A stretch of 62,959 nt of DNA, counting the filler, from Licmophora abbreviata (taxonomy: Eukaryota), in NCBI GenBank assembly GCA_900291995.1. It is 16 parts of 16 records of this genome, joined end to end, with 100 filler letters (N's around TTAATTAATTAA, not from the genome) between each part and the next. Parts side by side here need not be neighbours in the genome. Positions count along the whole stretch, not along the records: positions 22,427 to 26,576 come from OLMU01004302.1; positions 26,677 to 28,246 come from OLMU01004304.1; positions 28,347 to 31,995 come from OLMU01004306.1; positions 32,096 to 37,656 come from OLMU01004307.1; 12 more parts are not named here. One strand, 5' to 3'. The notes beneath the pieces are model-generated. The model saw only the letters and a program-made list of their open reading frames with translations, was not told where the DNA came from and did no database searches. The translations under genes and the position numbers were made by a program. Positions 22,554 through 34,261 of the stretch are shown one piece after another (positions within the stretch are counted from its first letter, which is position 1; each line of letters begins with the position of its first letter).

Positions 22554-24150
22554 ATGACTTTCCCACAATCGATCCCTCAGACAAGATATGATACAACACG
22601 CACACACGGCATGACAGCACCAACCATGACGACGACGACGAGGTTTCCCCGATGTCGCCGTTCGACCATTGAACTAACACAGAAACCCTGGAGAATACGC
22701 TTGGGCGTGTCTTGGATCCTGCTCTTCGGATTTGTTAGCTCGCTGGGCCAGGTTCTGGCCGAGAAGACTCCGGGAATACCTCCTACGCCCAAGGCATCCG
22801 GTTTCGCACACGAAACTGCAATTCAGCAGCCCTCGTCCTCGTCCTCGGCCCCTGTCGTCACTGTCTACGAGACGGAAGTCTACGATGACTCCAAGCAGGA
22901 CTGGATTGGAGCGCAGCCTTCTCGGTGGACGCAGCCTTCTATCGCTGGAGGAAGTTTGGAATCCTCCTGCAACCCACCATCCAAGCTCCGCCCACCGCCT
23001 CACCTCCAGTTCGAAGGCGACTGGAAGATTGTCACCTCTCACACGAGGGACAAACTGGGGTGGGCCCATAGCTATACGAGTCGCAATAAGCCCCCCACGA
23101 GGCGACGAACCTGGCTGCGCACGCTTGCCCCCGTCCCCCTGCTACCTGTTCAACAACAACAACAACAAGCAAGCAAGGGCAACGTCCGCGATGACTCAAA
23201 CGTCCACTCGAAAACGACAGCGAACTTCACTTCTTTCCACCTACACAAGACCTGTCGTTACGGCATGGGGGCTACTACGCGATGACTACAATTTCAAGGG
23301 ATTCGGTTGGTCCTTTTACAAGTCATTCCTGTTTAGAGAGTCGTTCGGATTAGCCTTTCGAATACCATTCACCCTCAATTTTGATTTCATGGAGCGAAAT
23401 GTTCACATTCCCAGTATATCGTCGAGCGTTGCCTTATTTTATCCCTCCATGGCGGTCATTTTCGTGAATGCAAGTCTCAATGTCGACTCCTTGAAGTGGT
23501 GTTTGAAATATGGAATGCTAAAGGTCAAAAGGGTCGTCGCCTTGTGTACTGTGGTGTTGATTCGGATCCTCTTGCGGGTACTCTCTCTTCCTCTTTATCC
23601 AATGACCAAAAGAGAATATCTGATAAAGCCACCAACAATGCCAGTGGCATTCTTGGTTCCACCTCTATCGTACCAGCTTGACGTTTCGGAACGCCTGGGG
23701 ATGAGCGTCTCATGGCGGGTCAGTCGGACACGCGGGTACGAATTTCGGGTGAGCTATTGGCATTCCTACTTGCCGACATTACTCTATGCGCAGCAGGTGA
23801 TACAACAAACATTACGCTTGAACCACGTGTCGAACACTTTGGAATCGCAGAAATTGAAAAACTGGCTTCGGAGGCACACTGGATCCTTGGGCATGTCGAC
23901 CGGTGGACCAACACCTGATCCGCCGCACTACTCGTGCAGTGCGTGCTTGAGTCTAAGTGGGTTTCATTATCGGCGAGAAAAGAACAAGAGAGGGAGCCCG
24001 ACGATTCCATCGAATTCCGCTGTGTTGCCAGAGCCGCCGACCACGCCAGGGGCGATGGACGCGACTGTCAGTGAGTCGGCCTCGCCTGATGAGCGAAATG
24101 AGCAGAGCAGTTCATCTGTCGGCTCACTGACAGGAGTCAAGGTAGGATGA
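22554..24150 (+). CDS. Dysferlin/Pex24-like (DysF) domain membrane protein split over two frames (frame switch near 23150-23220)
   Basis: Frame A (to 23285): hydrophobic segment, then VYETEVY...W...WT...FEGDWKI...DKLGWAHSY...RRRTWLR (DysF-like). Frame B carries a protein-like hydrophobic C-terminal region from about 23170 (LRDDYNFKGFGWSFYKS...). Start codon uncertain. Confidence 0.6.
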
Positions 24151-24469
24151 ATTACGAATTACGGTACTTGGACCTTGTACCGGTATACGTAAGCATGACG
24201 GCTATCATGCTCAGGGAATGATCCAAGGAAGAACCTTCTCGCACTAAAGTAGAGCGTCTTGAGGCCCGCCAACTGAATCATATCATACTAGTAGTCTATG
24301 CTACGAGTATGATACACTTTATGTCACGATCCAACCGACTATGCATGCGAGCTGGCGTTTACCTTTTGCCATAGGTCGAGCTCGCACTGGAATTGGGTTC
24401 CGAATCTCGGAAATTTGTCGTTGTCCCTCCATGACACCACCACCCTCATTGCGGTCGTTTGCGAGGAAG

Positions 24470-26038
24470 ATGATTGAGAGGTCCGCACGCAGAGCGCTCT
24501 CGGCTCTCACTGCGCAGGAAAGAAGATTCCATGGGAGCCCCAAGGCGCACGGCAGGAACATTAATGGCGCCATGGTGCCAGCACAGGCGCATGACGCGTC
24601 GAGCGCTCCCGCTTCCGACGAAGTACTGCAAGGGGAGGTGCTTGATCTGGCGGTAGATCTCCGCTCGCTGCGACCTGGAGATCGTCTGGATATTCCCTAC
24701 GAGCTGACTGTGTCAGATTCCTTGAGTGAGTTCTGGACGTCTGCCTTCTATTCGAATGACAGGATACACACCTCTCGTCCCTTCGCGCGCCGCATGGGTC
24801 TTCAAGACAAGGTATTGCCCTTTCCTCTCGCCCTCTTCTTGACATCGTCCATGAGTCACGCCGACGCAGCCAAGGTGCAGGTCGGTTTCGGGCATGTCAA
24901 GTACCTTTGGCCAGCTTTTTCTGGAGGTACGAGTGGTTCCATGTCGCACGTGATATGATGCAATATGCAATGTCGCCTTGATTCTCACACACTCTCATTT
25001 CAGATTCATTCCGAAAGTCGTTTCAGGTTGCGAGCGTACGTAACACCTCTGATGGAAACCATTCGGTACGTTTATACTTTGTCAACTCCTACTGTGGCTA
25101 CCATCCGGCCCTCTCGCCCTCGTTACTGTTCTCGGTTCTCGCACACGTATTCTTCGAGCAAGTGGCCCACTCACAAACTTTCTCTTCATGTACGATGATT
25201 CAGGTCATTCATTTCAATTGCGATTTAATCAACCAAAGAGGACGAGTCTGTATGCGCGCTGACAAGCGAATGCTCTTTGAGCTTCCTCTGCCTCAGTCGT
25301 CCTCGTCAACAGTCAGTAGTACCTCCTCTGAGGAGACGCATCTCTTTCGCGACCACCTCCTCTCGAAAGCCGGTATATTGGGTGAGCTGGGCAGTCACTC
25401 TCTGGCAGCTCTGCGCCCGGGACAGTTGATCCTGCATTCGCTCCAGCGTTCCTTGACCCAGTCCATGGCGCAACAGCTTTCTAGTTTGGCCCGCCTGACC
25501 CACGAGCGCCACTTTGATACTCGCAAATATGATGTGGGAGAAATTCTCATTCCTGGTGGACTGGTTCTGGGACTCACCATGTCCGCCGCGAGTCGCGACC
25601 TTCATGAAACACTGTATGAAGAACTTGTCAATGTGCAATATGTGAATAGCCTGCATCCAAACAATCTAGTAGGAGGTGAGTTCCCCTCCGTACCGGCAAA
25701 CCATGTCCTACAAGATAGACCTAAGAATCTCTTCTCTTTCTCGCGTCTGCTCAAACTTGCTTTCAGCAATCTCTTACATTGAAACGGTGGATGAAAACGT
25801 GCCAGGAGACTTGGAGTGCTTGACTGTACGAACGATCGGCGTAAAGAATATCGATGTCAAACGAGACTTGTGTGGTGTCGACCTGCCGATCGACCTGTTT
25901 TGCGGGGATCCCATGCCTCCCAAGACCATAGAGCATGTCTGCAAGACAATGTGCCCGAAGTTGAGTCAGAAAATAGTTGTTGTCATTGAGCGGAAGCTCA
26001 TTCGACAGTCGCCACACGAGCAAATCTTCTTGCTATAA
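24470..26038 (+). CDS. Double hot-dog/MaoC-fold hydratase, mesaconyl-CoA (2-methylfumaryl-CoA) hydratase-like, probably mitochondrial; introns 24927-25003, 25066-25203, 25676-25766
   Basis: All three GT-AG introns splice in frame. Motifs IHTSRPFARRMGL, GFGHVKYLWPAFSGDSF, RNTSDG..SVIHF..DLINQRG and HFD.......ILIPGGLVLGL resemble recalled bacterial Mch motifs. Arg-rich N-terminus MIERSARRALSALTAQERRFH. Confidence 0.75.
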
Positions 26039-26676
26039 AAGTCACCACGTTACCTGGCGGTACAGGAAATTGTTGCCTACCGGTACATGATACGACAATA
26101 CATACATGTCAAAGAGGGGCTCCAGTAAATGATGCCGGGTCAGATGGTAGCTGTAGAGCTGAAGACGATTCAGGCGTAACAGGTACCCAGTGGTAGTCAC
26201 AAAACTCTAAAATCTAGAACAATACTCGTTGTAAACATACACGCAAACACAATGCTTGTAGAAGCCTGGTCTACTCTACAGCCAACCCGGCTAAAGTATC
26301 TGTGTAATTTGGCCACTGGTACCGGATTCGACTACAGAAATCAGCGGCATCCCTGGATGGTATTCGGCGAAAATGCAATGTACAGGTATGTGTATGAATT
26401 CTTTTTGTTTCTCCTCGCACTGCACTGGCTATCGGCCCTGCTCACACACTGTCTCTAGTATAAAAATTACAGATCAAAAGAGCAAGGCACCATACTTCGT
26501 CTGAGTTCCAGTTATAGAAAACACTCATCAAGAAAAGCCCCCGATACTCTCATCTCTGCGATAGAGCGAGAGGGGTNNNNNNNNNNNNNNNNNNNNNNNN
26601 NNNNNNNNNNNNNNNNNNNNTTAATTAATTAANNNNNNNNNNNNNNNNNNNNNNNNNNNNNNNNNNNNNNNNNNNN

Positions 26677-26998
26677 CAAGGATGGCTCATTGCTAGAGAA
26701 CAAGCATGTAGTGCCTGACGGCGATCCGGACCATCGCGTAAAACTGAAGGACTTCGAATTGACGGGAGCGGTCCCACCCGGTGCCCTCGCTTATCCAACA
26801 TACAAGGTGGCTACCCTGATAGCTGCTTCCAGAGATATTGAGCTGCATGTATTGCATAACACATGTCATGACACATGTCACTTTGGATCGCGACAAGATG
26901 GCAATGAACACCGTGGCGGCTGGGCCCTAGAAGAAAATTTATGGGTCTTCTACCCAAAGACGTGGGCCGTATTGGACTGGGACAGTCGTATGCGGTGA
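26677..26998 (+). CDS. Possible 3' fragment of an unknown protein
   Basis: Frame is open from the contig start to the stop at 26998; no recognisable motif. Confidence 0.3.
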
Positions 26999-27430
26999 GG
27001 TGAAAAACTAAAAGCTGCTACTACCAAAGACAAATTACCTGAGTTGTGAAAATTTTGCTGAGACAAAGATCGATCAATATTCAAAGGATTCATATTTCTG
27101 CTGTCGAATGGTGCGACAATGAGTAGAAACATATGGAGGCGGGTCATATGCGTGGGCAAGGATGTTTTATTACAGTAGTCAATTAAGACCTATTTTCTCA
27201 GATGGGATACAATTTCTTAAAGAAGAATCGATCACAATCGGAAGGATCTTTGTGCCCTGCTATCGAGTGCTTAATTGCGTAGAAAAACATAATGGCGGAC
27301 CACATGCGTGGGCTGGAATGTTTTGCTAAAATCATCAACTTAGACAATTTCCTGACATGGGAAACTTTGTCGTTAAAAAGAATCGGTTATAATTGATGGG
27401 AGATTTTCGCTTCTCTCGATTATCGTCTTT
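26965..27430. repeat. Degenerate tandem repeat, about 157-bp period, about 3 copies
   Basis: GTAGAAAC..GGCGGGTCATATGCGTGGGCAAGGATGTTTT (~27123) aligns with GTAGAAAAAC..GGCGGACCACATGCGTGGGCTGGAATGTTTT (~27279); ATCGATCA..AAGGAT..CTGCT.TCGA.TG recurs at ~27069 and ~27227. Confidence 0.7.
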
Positions 27431-28552
27431 TTTCTCCTGAATCGAATTGTTCCAAGTGTTGCAGAACATTCACCGAAACGTGATTGACTACTCTAGGAAG
27501 CTGTTTGATTTCTCACGTAATGGAATGGAAAGCATATGGCCGTACGGGTGCGCTTATTTCCAATCTTTATATTAGTATATTCTCGTCTACTAAACCTGAT
27601 CGTTTGCTTTTCAGTCTCTAGCGTTCATTCTATCTAGAAGAAGCGACTACTTACAAAACCAGTGGAGACCTTTCTTTCCAGTAACTGACCAATGGGCATA
27701 GAAGCACAGTCGCCCTCTCAGGCGTACGGTACCGGTAGGCTATTCGCCGTACGATGTACTCAGAACTCAACCTCTACGAAGGCGTCTTACCTTGCAACAA
27801 TCCAATTGGGTCGGGGGCGTTGCCAGATTGTCTTCTTTTCTTCGAAGTACAGGAGTCTGCTGTTTCACAAAGCTGCGAACCCATATCCGCTTAAGTGGCG
27901 GGGCTTGGCTGCGCCAGTGTAGCGATCTCGTCATTTTCAGTGTAGAAATAGTATAAGACCTGGAGAGACAAAAGGAGGACATGTTGTCAACAGGTGCATT
28001 GCGCCAAGGCAGGCACATGCGTCCCTTCCGGCAGGCTCGTCTTGGGTTGAAGAGGAAATATTCAGAGCGACAGGAATGCAGGATTGCCGTCCGCCGTCTA
28101 AAGACCTGCAAGGTTCGTAGAGGTCGGAGGTTGCTGCAAATGATATTCCGACCAGATTCTTTCGCAGGAGGTGCCGCGTCACGCGCCATGGGGAATTTGT
28201 TAGTGACTACTACTACTACTACTCTAGATAACAAATGTACGATGACNNNNNNNNNNNNNNNNNNNNNNNNNNNNNNNNNNNNNNNNNNNNTTAATTAATT
28301 AANNNNNNNNNNNNNNNNNNNNNNNNNNNNNNNNNNNNNNNNNNNNCGGAGCAAAAGTGAGAGAAAAATGAGCCGCGCTCCGGCATAGCTGCGTTATACA
28401 AGTTCAAAAGTATGCTGCTATTCGTGTTTAACATCTGAAATAAAAATAGGATCAACAACTCTGAATAGAACATTCCCATTCAATTCCGTCCGATCAAGGG
28501 TGCTTCTAAAGCATCCACGTGTAACTGAGATTTGTCCGTGGGGTCTGTGTGT

Positions 28553-28570
28553 GACTCGACTCACTCGACT
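28553..28570 (+). promoter_or_regulatory. Candidate upstream element GACTCGACTCACTCGACT
   Basis: Exact 18-mer also at 50645-50662; lies about 120 bp upstream of the GT64 ATG. Confidence 0.35.
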
Positions 28571-28687
28571 GCTTTGCTTTGAACTTTGAACTTCGAAGCC
28601 CAACAACAACCGGCCAGTGAGAGACACACGTTGTCATCTCTTAGTCGAGATCTACTCGACGTTACAAGCTTCGAAGCCCTGACTGGA

Positions 28688-30238
28688 ATGATGCCGACGT
28701 CTTCGAGAAGGGTGGCGAGTCGGAAGACTGCTCTCCGTGCTCGGGGGCGCCATTTTCAGCGGGCTCTCATCGGAACCACTCTCGTGGTGGTTGCCGTGAC
28801 ATACTACTTTGCACTCACAAGCATTTCAGAACTCGCACAGCAAGGCCCTCCTCCTGTACCCGTCAGCTTGGCCGATCGAAGCCGAGAGCAAGCTACGTCG
28901 ATGAGGATACCGGTACCGCATGGTGGCGAAGCCTTCGGGGGTGGGATCGCAGCCTCTGGTATCACCGGGAACCCGACGAACCGGCATCTTCCATTCGGAT
29001 TTCGCATGCTACTGGAACGAGCCGTTCAGATGCGGAATCGATGCAACAGACTGAACCTCCCACTGGCCAGACCGTCACTCGATGGGAACTTCACGGACCT
29101 GCCGGACTTTGGGATCATCGAGGCGCTGAGCAACTATCGACCTCCTGAATCTGGAGAAGCCCGAGAATGGCAATGTGAAGCGCCCCCAGAAACAGAATGC
29201 AATGAAGAGCGATTCACTGTTATCTTCATGGGTTATCGCCCTGACCGTTTGCTGAAGCTGAGGACACAGCTGTTCGCAATGACATCACCAGAATGGAGAG
29301 GACTGGTTGCCGAGGTGATCCTTGTGTGGAACGGGGAACGAGAGCTCACGGAAAGCGAGGACGGCATTCGCATCGCGGCACTAGCAGACGATCCTACTCG
29401 TGAATTTCGCATGTTCTTTCCACTGAAGGAGGGCTTCCCGAACGATCTGATGAACCGGTACCACCCGAGATTCGATGTCGCGACAAAGGCAATACTGTTC
29501 TACGATGATGACGGTCCATTCTACAGTCAGGCAGCCATTCTGGCTGGATTCGAACTCTGGAAGCGCAACTCCAACGCCGAGATAGGCGCCATGGCCAGGA
29601 GGATCGACCTGTCGGAGCGTCAAGAAGCCGAATATCAGTCATTGCCTCACGATGAGCGTCATTTCGTATCGCAATGTCGGAATATTGGGGATGAAGGCCT
29701 GTACAACTTCCAGTCCTTTGCCCAGTTTGGAGCCCGCATGGCTCTACCCTCCGGTTCGTTCCTCCATCGGAACTTCCTATGCTTTCTGTGGCATCCGGCT
29801 CTTGAAGAGGTTCGTCGTTTTGTGAGAGCACACCCTGTCCACCCAGACGATGTCACCGTGTCTACCATCGTGAGTCACGTGAGCGGCCGAGCGCCGAAAG
29901 TCTACCCTAGGCGGATAAACCCCAAGCGAGTCGGAGAAACAGATATGGAGATCAAGAGACACAAGCAGGAGCGAATGAATGCCTCGCAGTCTTTGCATGG
30001 ATCGCGGCGGAAACTTCTATGGGCAGACGGTGATGCCGGAGAATGGTCCAGGAAGAGATCGTCGGCGGTGAGCTCTCTGATTTCGTACTTTGGAAGTATT
30101 AACTCTGGGTCCCTTGGCTGGTGCTATGGTACAGCATATCACGACCCGCAGGACGACACTTGCGTTCCCGAGTTGGCTCGTTTCGGGATGGTACCCTGGC
30201 TGACAGAAGAGCATATGGCCAAATCCACGTGCCCATGA
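28688..30238 (+). CDS. Glycosyltransferase family 64 (EXTL2/EPC1-like), type II membrane protein
   Basis: N-terminal TM ALIGTTLVVVAVTYYFAL; GT64 motifs FTVI...R..RL, EVILVWN, NDLMNRY.P, TKAILFYDDD (DxD) and FELWKRN. Confidence 0.88.
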   Translation: MMPTSSRRVASRKTALRARGRHFQRALIGTTLVVVAVTYYFALTSISELAQQGPPPVPVSLADRSREQATSMRIPVPHGGEAFGGGIAASGITGNPTNRHLPFGFRMLLERAVQMRNRCNRLNLPLARPSLDGNFTDLPDFGIIEALSNYRPPESGEAREWQCEAPPETECNEERFTVIFMGYRPDRLLKLRTQLFAMTSPEWRGLVAEVILVWNGERELTESEDGIRIAALADDPTREFRMFFPLKEGFPNDLMNRYHPRFDVATKAILFYDDDGPFYSQAAILAGFELWKRNSNAEIGAMARRIDLSERQEAEYQSLPHDERHFVSQCRNIGDEGLYNFQSFAQFGARMALPSGSFLHRNFLCFLWHPALEEVRRFVRAHPVHPDDVTVSTIVSHVSGRAPKVYPRRINPKRVGETDMEIKRHKQERMNASQSLHGSRRKLLWADGDAGEWSRKRSSAVSSLISYFGSINSGSLGWCYGTAYHDPQDDTCVPELARFGMVPWLTEEHMAKSTCP

Positions 30239-30816
30239 AGGTACTGTAGTCTGTAGTTTTATGCTGATTAAACCTTGAAGAGGCACAGTCTCTCTCAAGT
30301 GAGCCACTTCGAAGAGGGATCAGCCTGGCCTCTATGTTTGAGATTTCGGATCTCGTACTTCTTAGGGGATGGTTTGGGGACTGAGTCGAATGATTCCAAT
30401 CTCAATCCCATCTAGACATCACACACAAACTCACACACTGCCATTGAAGTGGATCATTCTGATTCTGTTGCCTCTTGTTTTCGAGTTTCCGCTTTCTTCT
30501 GGCCTTCCAGGTTGCTAGCACTCGTCCTACCCACTCACAGGAATGACAAGGATGGATCGGATACGTGGATAGAGAAGAAAGCCTCCAAATTTGAGAACAA
30601 ACGAATTCGAGAACTGAGGTGAGAGCACCTTCGTACTGAATCTACGTAGAATCGAATAGGGAATCTGCATGATGTATGTATGCTGTGCAGGATTCGATTC
30701 ATTCGTTCCCGTTGTTGATAACGCTCTTTCTTTCTTAATTTCTTTGCATTCTTTGTATGGTTTCTTCTACCGCCAAACTTCAAACTTTAGTCCTTACTAT
30801 ATATCAAAATATCAAC

Positions 30817-31809
30817 ATGAAATACTTGGAAGACGAGAAACTCTCGGAACTGACGTCCGAACTGACAGATGCGACGCTGGGAGGAAGCCGTGTCATCAAT
30901 GGAAGACTCGAAGCCTTCATCATGAAGCGCGCGGGGACCGACAAGAAGTACGCCCATGCCCTTGGAGAAAGATACGTGGCGGAGATGGAACTGGTGGAAA
31001 CCGAGGTGGCCACGTACCAGCACTTGATTCAGCGCCACACCACCGACGAGCTTCAGCGTCCGACTACCGGTAGTACCCCTCCCGGTAAAGAAAGACCTGA
31101 CTCTACTCGGAAACGAAGTCAGAGTGTCGGATTCAATATCGACGATCCTCCTACACAGCTACAGCCTCCTCCTGCGAAACAACGTCCTTCCCGTGCCAAC
31201 TCCTTTGATAGCTCGGGAGCTACGCCCTCACTGCTCTACCCCAACTCAGCACTCGGCGACTTTCAAGAGACAGGTACACGTCGACTCATGACGAATCTGA
31301 TTCTCACGCTCAACGCTTCTTTTCCTGATTATGACTTTGGGGATGTAAGACCTGCTCACTTTACCAAAGTACCCATGGCATCTGCCGTTCGACGAATCAA
31401 TGAGCGCCTTAGCGAATTTGCCTCACAAAAACAGACAGAGCCGTCGTTTCTCAGCAAACTCTGGGCTTCGATAGACAACACCATGTCCCTGTCAGACACT
31501 GTCGTCTACTCATTCGCTCCGTCGGAACGAGATGATGACAGCTTTCTTGCGCAGACTCTGGTAGAGCAAGATGACGACGCAACGCCACTCTGGAGCTTCA
31601 ATTACTTCTTCGTTAATAAACACATGAAGCGCATCCTCTTGTTTTGCTGTGTCGAAACCATGCATAACGAGGAAGCTGTGGAAGATGCAGAAGAAGAAGA
31701 CTTTGTGGCGAGAGGATATGCGACGGATAATAACGCCGATGATGTAGACTTTGATCTCGATCCATCGGCTGACGTCGCTGGCGGCATTCCGCTACTTACA
31801 TCCACATGA
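30817..31809 (+). CDS. MAF1: Repressor of RNA polymerase III transcription MAF1
   Basis: MKYLE..., INGRLEAFIMKRAGTDKK, LILTLNASFPDYDF, LWSFNYFFVNKHMKRILLF and an acidic tail. Confidence 0.93.
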   Translation: MKYLEDEKLSELTSELTDATLGGSRVINGRLEAFIMKRAGTDKKYAHALGERYVAEMELVETEVATYQHLIQRHTTDELQRPTTGSTPPGKERPDSTRKRSQSVGFNIDDPPTQLQPPPAKQRPSRANSFDSSGATPSLLYPNSALGDFQETGTRRLMTNLILTLNASFPDYDFGDVRPAHFTKVPMASAVRRINERLSEFASQKQTEPSFLSKLWASIDNTMSLSDTVVYSFAPSERDDDSFLAQTLVEQDDDATPLWSFNYFFVNKHMKRILLFCCVETMHNEEAVEDAEEEDFVARGYATDNNADDVDFDLDPSADVAGGIPLLTST

Positions 31810-32293
31810 CAGCCATTTGGTAAAAGAGGATAAGTGCCGTGTATGTACTGATATCTGTAACATTTGTGGAACGCTTTGTTCATTTTGAGGCTCGAGCGAG
31901 GCAAAAATACTGCACACTGTAGATCTTAGGATAAGCTGTAGCTGTTGAAAGCCGTTTGATCCTTGACAAAGGATTCCCATGCTTTCTGTGTACACNNNNN
32001 NNNNNNNNNNNNNNNNNNNNNNNNNNNNNNNNNNNNNNNTTAATTAATTAANNNNNNNNNNNNNNNNNNNNNNNNNNNNNNNNNNNNNNNNNNNNGAATC
32101 GAGTCGAGTCCGCGATAGCCAGCCTGGACTCATACACGACGATGGACGCATTCATAACGTAGAAAAAAGCTAAAACAATCAAATCACGCACTAATTATTA
32201 TCCTCGTTGTAACACGGGCAATTGCAACTACAAAAAAGTCATCCTTTACACTCTCATCGCCGTACTCTGTCCAAGACCTGTTTTGGTCTCTTA

Positions 32294-34261
32294 TCACGGC
32301 TCACCTTCCTTCACCTCATCATGCGGAGCATCCACTGGGATGCTCTCATCCACTTCACGCTCACAGTCGACCTCAATCCCTTCCGCCTCCTCCTTGGGCT
32401 TGTCGAGAGTCTCCTCATCCTCGGGAGCGTCAACTTCGGCTTCTTCTTCTTCGTCCTCTTCCTTGACATCGACCGCGTGGCGCTTTGCCATGTCTTGCAT
32501 GTCAATGACGACTTTCTCCTCTGGATCGTCAGCGATCTTGGGAATGACAGAGAGCTCTTTCTCAATCAGAGTACTCAGCTTTGTGCGCTGCGCTGTTACA
32601 CCCTCCACCAGCTCTTGGCGTTCCTTCTGGGCATTGCCAATGGCATCGAACTGTGACATGACCGCAGTCATGAGAGTCTCTCGCTCTCCCAGGCTTTCCT
32701 CGACCTCTTCTTGCTGTCGCTGCAGCATGGCGGCAGCTTCCTCTTGTTCCTTCTTGAACTTTTCGTACATCTCCGTCTGTCGCTGCGCTCCTGCGAGAAG
32801 ATTGTCTTGGGTCAGAGCAGCAAGAGCCATAGTTTCTTCGTGTTTTGCGGCCTGAGCGACGATCAGCGTCTGCTGTTCCGTCATTTCATCCAGCGCCTTG
32901 GCGACAACTGCGAGCTTGCGAGTCAGCATCTTGGCTTGCGCCCTCAACTCCTCGCGTTCTCCTTCGACTGCCTTCAACCGTTCTGTGTAACTCTCGACAG
33001 CGTCGCTTTGGTCAGCCGTACTATTGGCGAGACTCGCCGCTAGAGCACTGACTTGGGCGGCAAGAGCGTGCTCGTTGTCGACCTTCTTCTTGAGCTGGGC
33101 CTCGAGGATTGCACAGGTTGCTTTTGATCCCGCCCAGTCAACCTCGAGGGCCTTGAGCTTATCTTCAAAGTGACCAATGCGCTTTCCTTTCTCCTTCTCC
33201 ATGGTTGCGATGGTCGCTAGGGCCTTCTCGAGCTTGACCTCGTTCGACGAGTTAAGGTCGGTCACCTGTTGGAGTTTCTCCTCGAGGACCACTTTCTCGG
33301 AAGAAAGAACTGCATTTTCGCTTCGCAAGACAGCCTCAAGCTCTTCCTTCTGCTGAGAGACTGTTTTTAGACTCTGGTCGACAGTGGCGATCTTGGTGGC
33401 GAGGAAGCGCTCAGTGTCTCCACGGCTAGAGAGCTGAGCCTCGAGTGAGTTGACATGATCGACCAGGACCTGCGATGTTTCCTGAGTCTTGTCAAGCTCA
33501 GCCTGCAGCTTGACGACCCTTTCGCGAAGCTCATCACGCTCAGCGAGAGTGTTGGTCTCGATGGCCCCCACCTCGAAAGCATGGCGGCTCTTCATTTCAA
33601 TGATCTTGGCGTCGAAAATTGCACGCTGTTCAGCCGTGACAGACGCACGCTCAGACGCAGCCGCAGCAGTTGCATAGTATGAAGGACCACGCTCCAGGGC
33701 GCGCAAGAAGGCATCGCGGTTAGGGCTTTTGGAGGCTTGGGCGAGCGCAAGCGGGAGGCGTCCCTTGCGGTCCTTGATGTCGACGGACTGTGGGTATGCA
33801 GCCAACAACAAGTTCACGATGGCCTCCGAGCTACCGGTTCGAAACGCAAGGTGAAGAGGCAGCATTCCTTGATCATCTTTACACTCAGATCCAGCAGGAA
33901 AGGCACATAGGAGGGCCTCGACAACGTCCTCGGGGGCATTGAAGATGATGGAGGCATGCAAAGGAAGCAGCCTCCAGCGGAGCCTTCCGTCCTTTTCGAA
34001 GCGCGAGACCCAAGTCTTGGCCTCGTCTGGATTCTCCCTGGACAGGATGAGAGTTGCTCCCCAGTCGCGCTTCTGAAGAGACTGGTAAAGCATGGTAGGG
34101 TCGTCATCGAAGTCGCATTCGAAGGCTAATGCAGCTTCGACAGGAGGCTCAACTCGTTTCTCGTCTCCTTCCGCTCGCGGCGTCGGAGCCTTGTTCTCCT
34201 GGTCAACCAGCACATGAGGCTCCTCGTCGACATGGAGCTCGGGGGCTTGCACAGGCGCCAT
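32294..34261 (-). CDS. Ankyrin-repeat plus long coiled-coil protein (ECD[FY]D..T.LY family)
   Basis: ECDFDDDPTMLYQ, WRLLPLHASII, DDQGMLPLHLAFR and KDRKGRLPL ankyrin-like repeats, then about 400 aa of heptad-rich sequence and an acidic tail. Confidence 0.88.
   Translation of the reverse strand: MAPVQAPELHVDEEPHVLVDQENKAPTPRAEGDEKRVEPPVEAALAFECDFDDDPTMLYQSLQKRDWGATLILSRENPDEAKTWVSRFEKDGRLRWRLLPLHASIIFNAPEDVVEALLCAFPAGSECKDDQGMLPLHLAFRTGSSEAIVNLLLAAYPQSVDIKDRKGRLPLALAQASKSPNRDAFLRALERGPSYYATAAAASERASVTAEQRAIFDAKIIEMKSRHAFEVGAIETNTLAERDELRERVVKLQAELDKTQETSQVLVDHVNSLEAQLSSRGDTERFLATKIATVDQSLKTVSQQKEELEAVLRSENAVLSSEKVVLEEKLQQVTDLNSSNEVKLEKALATIATMEKEKGKRIGHFEDKLKALEVDWAGSKATCAILEAQLKKKVDNEHALAAQVSALAASLANSTADQSDAVESYTERLKAVEGEREELRAQAKMLTRKLAVVAKALDEMTEQQTLIVAQAAKHEETMALAALTQDNLLAGAQRQTEMYEKFKKEQEEAAAMLQRQQEEVEESLGERETLMTAVMSQFDAIGNAQKERQELVEGVTAQRTKLSTLIEKELSVIPKIADDPEEKVVIDMQDMAKRHAVDVKEEDEEEEAEVDAPEDEETLDKPKEEAEGIEVDCEREVDESIPVDAPHDEVKEGEP

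Noticed and set aside
27692..28246. Short ORFs in the gene-poor contig as transposon genes
   Set aside because: No transposase, reverse transcriptase or integrase motifs and no terminal repeats seen.
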